From Patescibacteria group bacterium (lineage in GTDB: Bacteria; Patescibacteriota; Patescibacteriia; GWA2-46-9): a stretch of DNA of 64,000 nucleotides. The first letter of the stretch is position 1. Every line of letters starts with the position of its first letter. The notes beneath the pieces were generated by a model. That model saw only the letters and a list, made by a program, of their open reading frames with translations, ran no database searches and had not been told where the DNA came from. The stretch lies in contig JBAYUF010000003.1 of NCBI GenBank assembly GCA_041675205.1, positions 111,025 through 175,024 of the forward strand. Reading direction: 5' to 3'. Position numbers and translations under genes: made by a program. This document shows, piece by piece, positions 18,436 to 27,322 of the stretch.

Positions 18436-18960
18436 AAAAATCTTTAACCCCTGGCGGGTTGGAGATTTTTTGTTTGAGAGATATGATGGATTCGAACCAG
18501 AGGCGAAGGGGTTCCGCCAGAGGCGGACAAGCTAGAGAAGCGATTGACGATGGTTCTAGTCCCGTGAAGCGGGACGGAATCATGTCCCCCAGATATCTTT
18601 AAGAAAAACCTCCCGGTCTTCCTTAATATTCCTTTCCCTCGGCTAAGGTCGTTCAGAAATCATTTCACACGACAGCGAGCTAAGCTCTACGGCCGTCGTG
18701 CTCACAATTTCTTCACTCTAGTAAGACAGAACAATCTAAATAGTTTTAGGGAAGTAAACGAGAGTTGTGACCGATTCCCCCAGCCAAAAATCCTTGGCCC
18801 CCATTGTGGGGCTGAGGTTTTTTGATTGTAGGAGTATAATGGATTCGAACCAGGCGAAGTGGGTCCACCAGAGGGGCACAGGCCAGAAAAGCAGACGACG
18901 ATAGTTCTAGTCCCGAGAAGCGGGACGGAATCATGTCCCCCAGCCATCTTGAGATAGGTT
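18436..18960 (+). repeat. array of degenerate tRNA-Gln-derived repeats (pseudo 3' ends TCCCCCAG(CCA) at 18585, 18776 and 18936), two ~180 nt units plus a copy of the ~120 nt tRNA-downstream element
   Basis: Unit 1 (~18446-18592) and unit 2 (~18796-18946) align along their length. Each ends with GCGGGACGGAATCATG^TCCCCCAG, which is the tRNA-Gln 3' part with the T-arm deleted. Each contains an inverted T-arm-like GGATTCGAACC. Unit 2 starts with a second TTCCCCCAGCCA. Confidence 0.7.
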
Positions 18961-18986
18961 ATTGCGAACGAGGTGTATAGATAAAT

Positions 18987-20204
18987 ATGAATTTGGTTAA
19001 TAAATTTTTTTTAGACAAAGTAAAGCAAGATGAGCTAGAAATGGTACTCTTGTCTTATTTTGGGAGAGGAAATGGTCCACATGAAGGCAAATCTGTATAC
19101 CATAAAGAAGACGATGACAGTTTTTCCGTAACTATTTATTATGGTTCGAGCGGAGAGATCCAGTCAATAGAAAATGGTTCAAAACTTAGCGAGAGAGATA
19201 TAAATGAGATTTTACAGAAAATATCTGATGAGTTAATCGGCGCTCAGGAAGTAGTCGTCGCTAGGGATATTTGTTTTGTAACAGGTTCTAAGGTTGAAGA
19301 GTATTTTACATACAAGGATATATTTCAAATACTGCCCATGCCGTCTGATGCTCCTCAAATACAAAACCAAATGTGGGGGCATCACCCAATTTTATTAGAA
19401 TACAAATATGTTTCATCAAAAAATACTCTAGTAAATGGGTTTAGAAAAAGTAAAAAATTCAGAGAATTAATCACGCTGTTACATTTATTGTCGCAAAGAT
19501 TTTATGGTCCTTCTAGATTTGGTCAGTCTGACTGGGTAGTTATTAGTAATGAAGATATAGAAAAGACAACCAGCGAATTTAAACAGATGGGCTATTGGTA
19601 TAGTAAAAAATTCCAAACCGATAATTCATTTTCATCGACAAAAGGTATAAAAGAGGTTGAATTTGGAAAAAGTAAAAGCAATGAGCTGACTTTTATTGAA
19701 GACGCTGATAAATTGTTAGATATTATTTTTATATTGGATCATGACAGATACTCAAAATTCATCACTTCCTGCTATTGGTTTTATACAGCAAACGAGATCT
19801 GGAAAACTTCGTATTCGGTTTCGTATGTTTGTTTGGTAACGAGTATCGAATGTCTTATGAGCAATGTAGAAAAGTGTGAGTGCGGATCAGCTCTTACAGA
19901 TAAATCTATAGAGAAATGCGAAATATGCGGTGAACCGAAATATAGGATAGGAAAAAGTTTCAAAGACTTTCTAGAAAAATATTCCAATGAGGAATACTCT
20001 AAACTATCCAAGGAAGAGAAAAGTTATATTTACAATATTAGATCCACCATGCTTCATGGAGAAAGAGTATTTACTAGAGACTTTGAACCAATGGGATTCT
20101 TGGGATATCAAAAATCATACGAAAGCGCTTTTCATCGCACGATTTCAAGTTTAGTCTTCGGTGCTTTGATTAACTGGCTTTCTGATAATAAAAAGGTAAA
20201 GTAG
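18987..20204 (+). CDS. hypothetical protein with CxxC...CxxC zinc-ribbon and possible HEPN-like Rx4H motif (defence candidate)
   Basis: Contains CECGSA...CEICGE and, near the C-terminus, NIRSTMLHGE (R-x4-H). AT-rich codon usage. A good RBS GAGGTG precedes the ATG. Confidence 0.5.
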   Translation: MNLVNKFFLDKVKQDELEMVLLSYFGRGNGPHEGKSVYHKEDDDSFSVTIYYGSSGEIQSIENGSKLSERDINEILQKISDELIGAQEVVVARDICFVTGSKVEEYFTYKDIFQILPMPSDAPQIQNQMWGHHPILLEYKYVSSKNTLVNGFRKSKKFRELITLLHLLSQRFYGPSRFGQSDWVVISNEDIEKTTSEFKQMGYWYSKKFQTDNSFSSTKGIKEVEFGKSKSNELTFIEDADKLLDIIFILDHDRYSKFITSCYWFYTANEIWKTSYSVSYVCLVTSIECLMSNVEKCECGSALTDKSIEKCEICGEPKYRIGKSFKDFLEKYSNEEYSKLSKEEKSYIYNIRSTMLHGERVFTRDFEPMGFLGYQKSYESAFHRTISSLVFGALINWLSDNKKVK

Positions 20205-20309
20205 TGTCGCATTTGTCGCTTTGAATCCGTTGCGAAGAGCCTCAAGGTGTTATAATAAAGAACATCAGAAAACACTTTTCTGCTTCCTTCTTGTAATAGA
20301 ATCATTTAT

Positions 20310-21032
20310 ATGAAACACCAACTTCTTTATAAGGATCTCGCTCGTTATTACGATCATATTTATTCATTTAAAAATTACGAGGCTGAGACCAAGGAACTGC
20401 GTAGTCTTATTGAAAAATATAAGCGTTCCAAGGGAAGCGACATGCTCGACATTGCCTGTGGTACCGGGAAACATTTAGCCTATTTCAAGCGTTGGTATTC
20501 GTGTATTGGGGTTGATGTTAATGAGGGTATGCTACGGGTGGCCCGGAAAAAGATTAAAGGTGTCGTTTTTAAAAAAGGTGACATGACGACACTGAAACTC
20601 AATCGGACTTTTGACGTTATTACCTGTTTATTTAGTTCAATAGGATATGTTCGCACCTATGCAAACCTAGGAAAGACTATCATTGCTTTGTCTAAGCATT
20701 TGAAGCCAGGTGGTGTGCTTATTATTGAACCCTGGTTTACGCAAAAAACATATCGGCCAGGCTTACCGCATATGACGACATACAGTTCCCCGGATATAAA
20801 AATTGCGAGACTTAATGTAAGTGAACGTCGTGGCAGTGTGTCGGTCATGGATATGCATTATCTTGTCGCCGAGCGGGGGCATAAGGTGAAATATTTTGTT
20901 GACCGCCATGAACTCGGCATGTTTGAGCCAGATCGTTTGATAGGTCTAATGCGAAAGGCAAACCTCGAGACGCGCCTTGCAAAGTCAAAACTGATGAAGG
21001 ACCGCGGGTTGTATGTTGGCGTTAAGGTTTAA
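20310..21032 (+). CDS. class I SAM-dependent methyltransferase (TylM1/DesVI-like small-molecule methyltransferase)
   Basis: The N-terminal Y..YD.IY...Y..E pattern and SAM motif I (LDIACGTGKH) resemble sugar N,N-dimethyltransferases. Confidence 0.65.
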   Translation: MKHQLLYKDLARYYDHIYSFKNYEAETKELRSLIEKYKRSKGSDMLDIACGTGKHLAYFKRWYSCIGVDVNEGMLRVARKKIKGVVFKKGDMTTLKLNRTFDVITCLFSSIGYVRTYANLGKTIIALSKHLKPGGVLIIEPWFTQKTYRPGLPHMTTYSSPDIKIARLNVSERRGSVSVMDMHYLVAERGHKVKYFVDRHELGMFEPDRLIGLMRKANLETRLAKSKLMKDRGLYVGVKV

Positions 21033-21072
21033 AAAATTTGTATTAGGCGTATTGGCGTGCATTTAAAAAAAT

Positions 21073-21819
21073 ATGGATGAAGAAATAAAGATCAATGAAT
21101 TCAATAAAATTTTAGAGCAGGCAAAAAATGACGATAGGGTTATCGGGCTAATTTTAGCTGGCGGACGCGGCAAGGGCATGTTCACAGAAAATTCTGATTA
21201 CGACGTTGCTATAATTACAACCGATGAATCGATTTTAGGTGTTAAGGAAGATTACAAAGGCACACAAGATATTATTGATATAGGGGTATTATCGATATCT
21301 GAATTTAGAATATATGCAGCAGTAGGAACAGCGGAAGACTGGGATAGATATACTTACGCACATATAAAAGCTCGCATTGATAAAACAGGAGAAATCCAAA
21401 AGATAATTGATGAAAAAGGTATTTTGCCGCAAGAGCAAATATCAAAAGTAGCAAAAAAAGCTTTGTGTGGTTATCTAAATTCTTTGTATCGTGCTTTAAA
21501 AAATCACAGAGACGGAAACGAATTTGCCTCGCGTTTAGACGCTTGTGAATCTTTGCCTTGGTTACTAACCTTTCTCTTTGCAGTTGAGGGGCGAGTTCGT
21601 CCGTACAATAAGTTTCTGAAATGGGAACTTGAGAACTATCCATTAAAGAATCTACCAATCTCATCTGAAGATTTTTTAGCAAAAATCGAATTAATTATCA
21701 AAATAGGCGATATTGAAATCCAAAAAGAATTTCATAAAATTGCAGAAGAAATTGCAGTAAAAAATGATTGTGTTGATGTGATAGACGACTGGGCAGGATA
21801 TTATTTTGCTAGAGAATAA
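21073..21819 (+). CDS. nucleotidyltransferase-fold protein, ANT(6)/AadK-like
   Basis: The N-terminal minimal NTase motif GGRGKG...SDYDVAII and the overall length match aminoglycoside 6-adenylyltransferase-like proteins. Confidence 0.5.
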   Translation: MDEEIKINEFNKILEQAKNDDRVIGLILAGGRGKGMFTENSDYDVAIITTDESILGVKEDYKGTQDIIDIGVLSISEFRIYAAVGTAEDWDRYTYAHIKARIDKTGEIQKIIDEKGILPQEQISKVAKKALCGYLNSLYRALKNHRDGNEFASRLDACESLPWLLTFLFAVEGRVRPYNKFLKWELENYPLKNLPISSEDFLAKIELIIKIGDIEIQKEFHKIAEEIAVKNDCVDVIDDWAGYYFARE

Positions 21820-21825
21820 TTAAGC

Positions 21826-22475
21826 ATGACACTCCTTAAATTCGAAAACATTCCTATACATGAATGCGGAGACGAACTCGTTAATCTAGGCGAATACGAC
21901 TTCGCTCTTGAACCGGTCTATTTCAATTTAGGTTTCTCTCCGGAGCCACGTATTTTTCTTCGTAAATCAGTCGTCGACAAACTTATTGGCATACAGAATA
22001 GTCTGAACGGATATCGCTTTAAGATCTGGGATGGTTTTCGCCCGCGTTCTGTACAGCAGAAGATTTATGAAAAGTTTTGGAATGAGCTGAGTGAAGCACA
22101 TTCCGAATGGGACGAAGAAAGATTGAAGATGGAAGTTGGTGTGTTTGTCACCACGCCTAACGACCAAAACCGCATTCCTCCTCATGCCACAGGTTCAACA
22201 GTTGACCTAACGCTCGTTGACTCGGATGGTAACGAACTCGATATGGGTACGGCATTTGATTATTTTGACCAGAAGCAGCGGCTTTCTACTTTGACGAGAA
22301 TCCGGGAAACTTGACGGCAGCAAAGAATAGAAAGCTACTTCGAGAGACAATGTATGCTGGGGGTTTTGGAGGAGACAAAGACGAGTGGTGGCACTTTGAC
22401 TATGGGAATCAGAAGTGGGCAGTCGAGCTAGGTCACGCTGAAGCGATGTTCGGAGAGGCTGAAATTCCTAAATGA
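21826..22475 (+). pseudogene. VanX-like D-Ala-D-Ala dipeptidase (peptidase M15D), disrupted by a frameshift
   Basis: The N-terminal 162 aa ORF (21826-22314) carries the active site PHATGSTVDLTL and DYFD. The C-terminal conserved part (AAKNRKLLRETMYAGGF...EWWHFDY) is encoded in a different frame, 22269-22475. The shift lies between about 22270 and 22312. Confidence 0.6.
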
Positions 22476-22942
22476 GTTCCTGCATTACTTCTGAGCAAAA
22501 ATCTATGCAACCATCAAAACACCCAAAAGTAGGTTTAGGTATTATTATCGTTAATAGTGAAGGGCGTATTTTAATTGGCAAGCGGATAGGGAGTCATGCC
22601 CAAAAATATTCTATTCCTGGGGGCCACTTAGAAATGGGTGAGACATTTGAGGAGGGAGCTATTCGAGAGGTCAAAGAGGAAACTAATTTGAATATAGTTG
22701 AACCGAAAGTAATTGCCATTACTAATAATTTAGAAACTTTCAAAGAAGAAGGGGAGCACTACATTTCTGTCATTCTTCTGGCACGAAAATATACGGGCGA
22801 ATTAATAAACATGGAGCCGGATAAATGTGAAGAACTTATTTGGGTAGACCCCAAAAATCTCCCTCAGCCTCATTTTGACGCAAGCGCATTAGGAGTATCG
22901 TGCTATTTGAAAGGCAGTTTTTATAGTGGGGCTGATTTTTGA
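22472..22942 (+). CDS. Nudix hydrolase
   Basis: Nudix box GGHLEMGETFEEGAIREVKEETNL. The 3' end runs into a copy of the GGGGCTGA repeat, so the C-terminus is uncertain. Confidence 0.7.
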   Translation: MSSCITSEQKSMQPSKHPKVGLGIIIVNSEGRILIGKRIGSHAQKYSIPGGHLEMGETFEEGAIREVKEETNLNIVEPKVIAITNNLETFKEEGEHYISVILLARKYTGELINMEPDKCEELIWVDPKNLPQPHFDASALGVSCYLKGSFYSGADF

Positions 22943-22977
22943 TTGTAGGAGTATAATGAATTTGAACCGGGCGAAGG
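22926..22977 (+). repeat. third copy of the GGGGCTGA...TTGATTGTAGGAGTATAATG(G/A)ATT(C/T)GAACC...GGCGAAG element
   Basis: Near-identical to 18806-18863 over about 50 nt. Confidence 0.6.
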
Positions 22978-23065
22978 GCTTGGGAATCGGAGGCTGGCAA
23001 ATTGGGTAATCTGATCCAAATACTTTTTAGGAGACTAGTGGTGTAAAGAAAAGGGAGAAATAATT

Positions 23066-24883
23066 ATGGCCAAAATAAAAGACATTCCAAAAGTAGATCG
23101 CCCAAGGGAAAAGTTCCTACAAAAGGGCTCGGAAGCACTTTCAAAAAGTGATCTTTTGGCAATCTTGCTTGGCAGTGGAATAAAAGGGAAAAATGTAAGA
23201 CAGCTTTCCGAGAATATCATTAAAAAATTTGGTAATAAATTTTTAGATATCAAAGTGGATGATTTGCTTCAGGTCTCAGGAATAGGCCAAGCAAAAGCAC
23301 TACAAATTGTTTCTGCTATTTCTTTGGTAAAAAGATTTTACGATGAGCAAAAAAGAAGCGAAATTATAATAAAGAATCAGCAGGATGTCTTAGCCCTGAC
23401 GTACGATCTGACAGATAAGAAGAAAGAGTACTTAGTCTGTCTCTATTTAAACACGAGAAATGTCTTGATAAAAAAAGAGGTTGTTAGTGTTGGATTACTC
23501 GATAAAAGCTTAGTTCACCCCAGAGAAATATTTCATCCAGCCGTTGAATTTAATGCCGCTAGTATTATTTTAATTCACAATCATCCCTCCGGAATATCAG
23601 ACCCGAGTGAGAAAGATATTGAGATTGTTAAAAAAATATCCCAGGCTGGTGACATAATGGGAATTGCTGTAATTGATTTTGTTATTACTGCTAACAATGG
23701 GAGTTATAGTTTTTATGACAAACTACAACAAGGTAAGAAACATTTGGATTACGTTGCTGACGGCATACAAGGAACCTTATTTGATCTTTTAGAGATTGAA
23801 AAGCCGACTTATGAAATAAATGCCGAAAAGATACAAGAAAATTATTTTTATATTCCTCAAATTAAGAAGAATCACCTCCAGTTACAAAATCGGAGATATA
23901 TTGGAAGTAAGCATAAACTAATTGAATGGATTTTTTCTATAATCAATAAAGAATGCGAGAAACGAAGTTCCTTTGCTGATGTCTTTGCAGGCACCGGAGT
24001 TGTTTCGGCTGTCGCGGCTAGGCATTTTGATGAAATCATATTGAACGATTTTCTACATTCAAATTATGCAATCTATCAGGCTTTTTTTGGTAATGGTAAG
24101 TGGGACAAACAAAAGCTTGACGATATAATCAAAAATTACAATAACATCAACGGTGAAGACCTAGAAAAGAATTATTTCTCTGAAAACTTTGGCGGAAAGT
24201 ATTTCAGTCATAATTCCTCAAAGATAATTGGATTCATAAGAGAAAATATTGAGGAAAATAAAAGCAATTTAACTGATAAGGAATATTATATTCTCATTGC
24301 TTCTTTGTTGTATTCAATTGATAAGGTTGCAAATACGGTTGGTCACTACGATGCCTATTTCAAAAAGGATCATTTTGAAGACGGGTTTTTTATGAGACCA
24401 ATTGATCCAATCGAAGTAAAGAGAGTGGCTATCTTTAGAGAAGACACAAATCTTTTAGCAAAAAAAATTAAAGCCGATGTTGTCTATATTGATCCTCCAT
24501 ATAATTCAAGACAATACAGTCGTTTTTATCATGTGCTTGAGACTCTAACGAAGTGGGATAAACCAAGACTTTATGGAACGGCATTAAAACCCGAAGAAGA
24601 AAATATGAGTGATTACTGTAAGGTACGAGCAAGAGATAGACTTGCCGAGTTGGTCCGGGACTTAGATGCCAAATATCTAGTAGTGTCATACAACAATACT
24701 TACGATTCAAAAAGCAACTCTTCAAAAAATAAGATCACCCTGCAGGAAATAAAAGATATTTTAGTCTCTAAGGGTAAAACAAAGGTTTTTGAAAAAGACT
24801 ACAGGCATTTTAATGCCGGAAATACCGATTTCAAAAATCATAAAGAATACTTGTTTGTAACTACCACAGACTATGCAAAGTAA
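23066..24883 (+). CDS. RadC-like JAB/MPN domain fused to Dam-like (alpha-class) N6-adenine DNA methyltransferase (R-M methylase M1)
   Basis: Residues 1-220 carry the RadC HhH plus JAMM motif HNHPSG...SEKD. The C-terminal part carries YIGSKHKL, FAGTG (motif I) and DPPY (motif IV). The RBS is AAAAGGGAGAAAT. Confidence 0.8.
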   Translation: MAKIKDIPKVDRPREKFLQKGSEALSKSDLLAILLGSGIKGKNVRQLSENIIKKFGNKFLDIKVDDLLQVSGIGQAKALQIVSAISLVKRFYDEQKRSEIIIKNQQDVLALTYDLTDKKKEYLVCLYLNTRNVLIKKEVVSVGLLDKSLVHPREIFHPAVEFNAASIILIHNHPSGISDPSEKDIEIVKKISQAGDIMGIAVIDFVITANNGSYSFYDKLQQGKKHLDYVADGIQGTLFDLLEIEKPTYEINAEKIQENYFYIPQIKKNHLQLQNRRYIGSKHKLIEWIFSIINKECEKRSSFADVFAGTGVVSAVAARHFDEIILNDFLHSNYAIYQAFFGNGKWDKQKLDDIIKNYNNINGEDLEKNYFSENFGGKYFSHNSSKIIGFIRENIEENKSNLTDKEYYILIASLLYSIDKVANTVGHYDAYFKKDHFEDGFFMRPIDPIEVKRVAIFREDTNLLAKKIKADVVYIDPPYNSRQYSRFYHVLETLTKWDKPRLYGTALKPEEENMSDYCKVRARDRLAELVRDLDAKYLVVSYNNTYDSKSNSSKNKITLQEIKDILVSKGKTKVFEKDYRHFNAGNTDFKNHKEYLFVTTTDYAK

Positions 24884-25778
24884 AATCAAAAGATCCCCTT
24901 TGTTTTACGTCGGGGACAAGTACAAGCTAATGAAACAGTTGGCTGGTTTATTTCCAAAGGAAGTAAGCAACTTTTATGAGCCGTTTGTTGGTGGTGGAAC
25001 AGTTTTTTTAAATGTTCGTGCCGATAAATATTATTTGAATGATAATGACAAAAATCTCATTAACATACACCGGTTTTTGGTGGGAAGTTCAAATAACCCA
25101 GATGTATTTTTTAAGAATGTAGAAAAGGTAATAAAAAAGTATCGTCTATCACGATCATACAAGGAAGACATAATTCCTGTTTCATTAAAAAGAGAGTGGA
25201 AGAAAACCTATTTTGCTAGATTCAATAAAGAGGGCTACGAGAAGTTAAGGGTTTGTGTAAATAAGAATTTAAAAAATGATCCCCTGGTTCTGTATATATT
25301 GCTAATCTACGGATTCAACAGGATGTTGAGATTCAATGGAGGGGGTAAGTTCAATCTACCGGTTGGCAATGTCGATTTTAATAAAAATGTTGTTAACGCC
25401 CTAAATGAATACTTTGACTTTACTCGGAACAACAAAATAGCTTTAAGCTCGAAAGATTTTAGAAGCTATTTTGTTGGCCGAAAATATTGGGAAAACGACT
25501 TTGTTTATCTCGACCCGCCATACCTGATAACTGCTAGTGAATACAACAAACGGTGGGATCAAAAAGCGGAAGCTGACTTACTAAAAATAATTGATGATCT
25601 CGACAAAAAAGGTGTTAAGTTTGCCCTGTCGAATGTAACTCATTATAACGGTAGTAAAAATGAGTTACTGATTGACTGGATGAAAAAATATAAGACTCAC
25701 AAGATAGTGAGCAATTACATCAGTTATCACAATAACGGCAAGAAACAGATTAAGGAAGTGTTGGTTACCAATTATTAA
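24873..25778 (+). CDS. Dam-like N6-adenine DNA methyltransferase (R-M methylase M2)
   Basis: Contains YVGDKYKL, EPFVGGGTVFLN and DPPY. The gene overlaps M1 by 11 nt. Confidence 0.8.
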   Translation: MQSKIKRSPLFYVGDKYKLMKQLAGLFPKEVSNFYEPFVGGGTVFLNVRADKYYLNDNDKNLINIHRFLVGSSNNPDVFFKNVEKVIKKYRLSRSYKEDIIPVSLKREWKKTYFARFNKEGYEKLRVCVNKNLKNDPLVLYILLIYGFNRMLRFNGGGKFNLPVGNVDFNKNVVNALNEYFDFTRNNKIALSSKDFRSYFVGRKYWENDFVYLDPPYLITASEYNKRWDQKAEADLLKIIDDLDKKGVKFALSNVTHYNGSKNELLIDWMKKYKTHKIVSNYISYHNNGKKQIKEVLVTNY

Positions 25779-25782
25779 ATAT

Positions 25783-27318
25783 ATGAAAACAAAAACAAGA
25801 GAATCAGAATATAAACCATTATTGTTTACTACCACACTCAGAAATCCGGAAAGGCTCAAGTGGTTTTTAGGAGTCCTTAAGGACTATGACGGTAAAGTTC
25901 TCGATGATCAGTTGGCGGAAGAAATCTCCGGAGAAGTCATTAGAGTTGGCTTGTATAAACCGACAAAGATAAGTGCTGCTATAAAGAAAAAAATTGAAGC
26001 AAAAGAGCCATTGTCCGATTCCGAAGTCATAAAGATTCTTGAGGACAATCCGCAGAATCACAAAGAGGCCGGTTTTAGTAAGGGCTGGGCTTCTCGATTT
26101 GATACCTGGTTTAAGATCGCCAAGGAGCTTGGCTTTGTCTATTACAAAAATGGTGAAAAAATCAGATTTTCTGATATCGGATTAAAATTAGTTGATAATG
26201 AACATCCCGAATTTGAACAGCAGGCTTTTCTGAACGCCTTTGTAAAATACCAAAGTAATAGTCCATTTAGACGAGTCCTCAACGAAAATGCGCCACTCAT
26301 TTTATTGCTCAATGTTATCAATGAAGTAAACGCGGATAAGGATTTAAACGGGACCGGAATTTCTAAATTAGAATTACCGCTGATTATCTTTTGGAAAGAT
26401 GATGACGCGCAGGGACTATACAAGCTTATAAAGAAAATCAGAAAAGAACACGGCTATACCCCGAGTTGGGAAGTTATTGTTGGCATTTGTGCTAACCAGA
26501 TTATGAAGGGTGATTTCAAAAAGTTTAATCCGAAGTCAATAATGGTTGACTATCCGGATGAATTCATCAGGAAAATGAGGTTGACCGGGCTGATCTCATT
26601 AAGAGGAGCTGGTCGTTTCGTTGATATAAACAGAAACGAACAATCCAAGGTTGATTATGCTCTAGCTAAATATTCTCAATATGAGAAGTATGCAACGGAA
26701 GAAGAGTATTTTGAGTACATGTCGACCGTGGACAAAAACCTAATCTCGTTTGTTGCTAAACCGGTAAGTGTTGGTGAAAGAGATGCGTTTTTGGCAAAGT
26801 GGGTTGGTATTTACCCTTGGAACAAAATTAAGGCCGAAATGTTAAATCTTGCAAATAAAAAGCTCACGAAAGATGATGTTTTAAAATACCTATCAAATCC
26901 CGTCAGACTTGAGTTTTTAGTGTCTTTGGCCATCAAATCAAAATTTCCAAGTGTTAAGGTGATCCCCAATTATCCTTATGATGACGAAGGAATTCCGACC
27001 TCAACAGCTGGAGGTGTTGGAAACAAAGGTGATATCGAATGCTTCGAAGATGTTAAGGGTATATTGGTTGAAGTAACTATGTCTGAAGGACGTATGCAAA
27101 CCATGATGGAAGTATGGCCGATCTCAAGACACCTGGAAGAATTCAAAAAAAGCGCACCAGATTCAATGTGTTATTTTGTGGCACCTAGCATATTCAAAGA
27201 TTCGGAAATGCAGATTAATTATGTCAAAGAAAAAAAGAATCTTTCAATCTTGCCGAAAACAATTGATGAATTTTTGACTCACATAGAGAGTAGGGAGACT
27301 CTATACGCGGCTACGTAA
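25783..27318 (+). CDS. type IIS restriction endonuclease, AlwI family (N.BstNBI/MlyI/PleI/AlwI-like)
   Basis: Several blocks match N.BstNBI from memory: PLILLLNVINEV...ISKLELPLIIF, RKMRLTGLISLRGAGRFV, and the C-terminal GNKGDIECFEDVKGILVEVTMSEGRMQTMMEVWPISRHL (PD-D/ExK-like). It lies directly downstream of the two methyltransferases. Confidence 0.7.
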   Translation: MKTKTRESEYKPLLFTTTLRNPERLKWFLGVLKDYDGKVLDDQLAEEISGEVIRVGLYKPTKISAAIKKKIEAKEPLSDSEVIKILEDNPQNHKEAGFSKGWASRFDTWFKIAKELGFVYYKNGEKIRFSDIGLKLVDNEHPEFEQQAFLNAFVKYQSNSPFRRVLNENAPLILLLNVINEVNADKDLNGTGISKLELPLIIFWKDDDAQGLYKLIKKIRKEHGYTPSWEVIVGICANQIMKGDFKKFNPKSIMVDYPDEFIRKMRLTGLISLRGAGRFVDINRNEQSKVDYALAKYSQYEKYATEEEYFEYMSTVDKNLISFVAKPVSVGERDAFLAKWVGIYPWNKIKAEMLNLANKKLTKDDVLKYLSNPVRLEFLVSLAIKSKFPSVKVIPNYPYDDEGIPTSTAGGVGNKGDIECFEDVKGILVEVTMSEGRMQTMMEVWPISRHLEEFKKSAPDSMCYFVAPSIFKDSEMQINYVKEKKNLSILPKTIDEFLTHIESRETLYAAT

Positions 27319-27322
27319 ATAT

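Noticed and set aside
18823-18842. TTGATT...TATAAT inside the repeated element, considered as a promoter
   Set aside because: The two hexamers are only 7 nt apart instead of 16-18. No acceptable -35 hexamer lies 17 nt upstream of TATAAT, and there is no extended -10 TG.
18796-18872. tmRNA (ssrA) considered, because of GGGGCTGA followed by GGATTCGAACC
   Set aside because: About 40 nt separate the two boxes. There is no matching 3' acceptor strand, no T-arm with 5 bp stems, no tag-peptide reading frame, and no terminal CCA context. The sequence is better explained as rearranged tRNA-Gln fragments.
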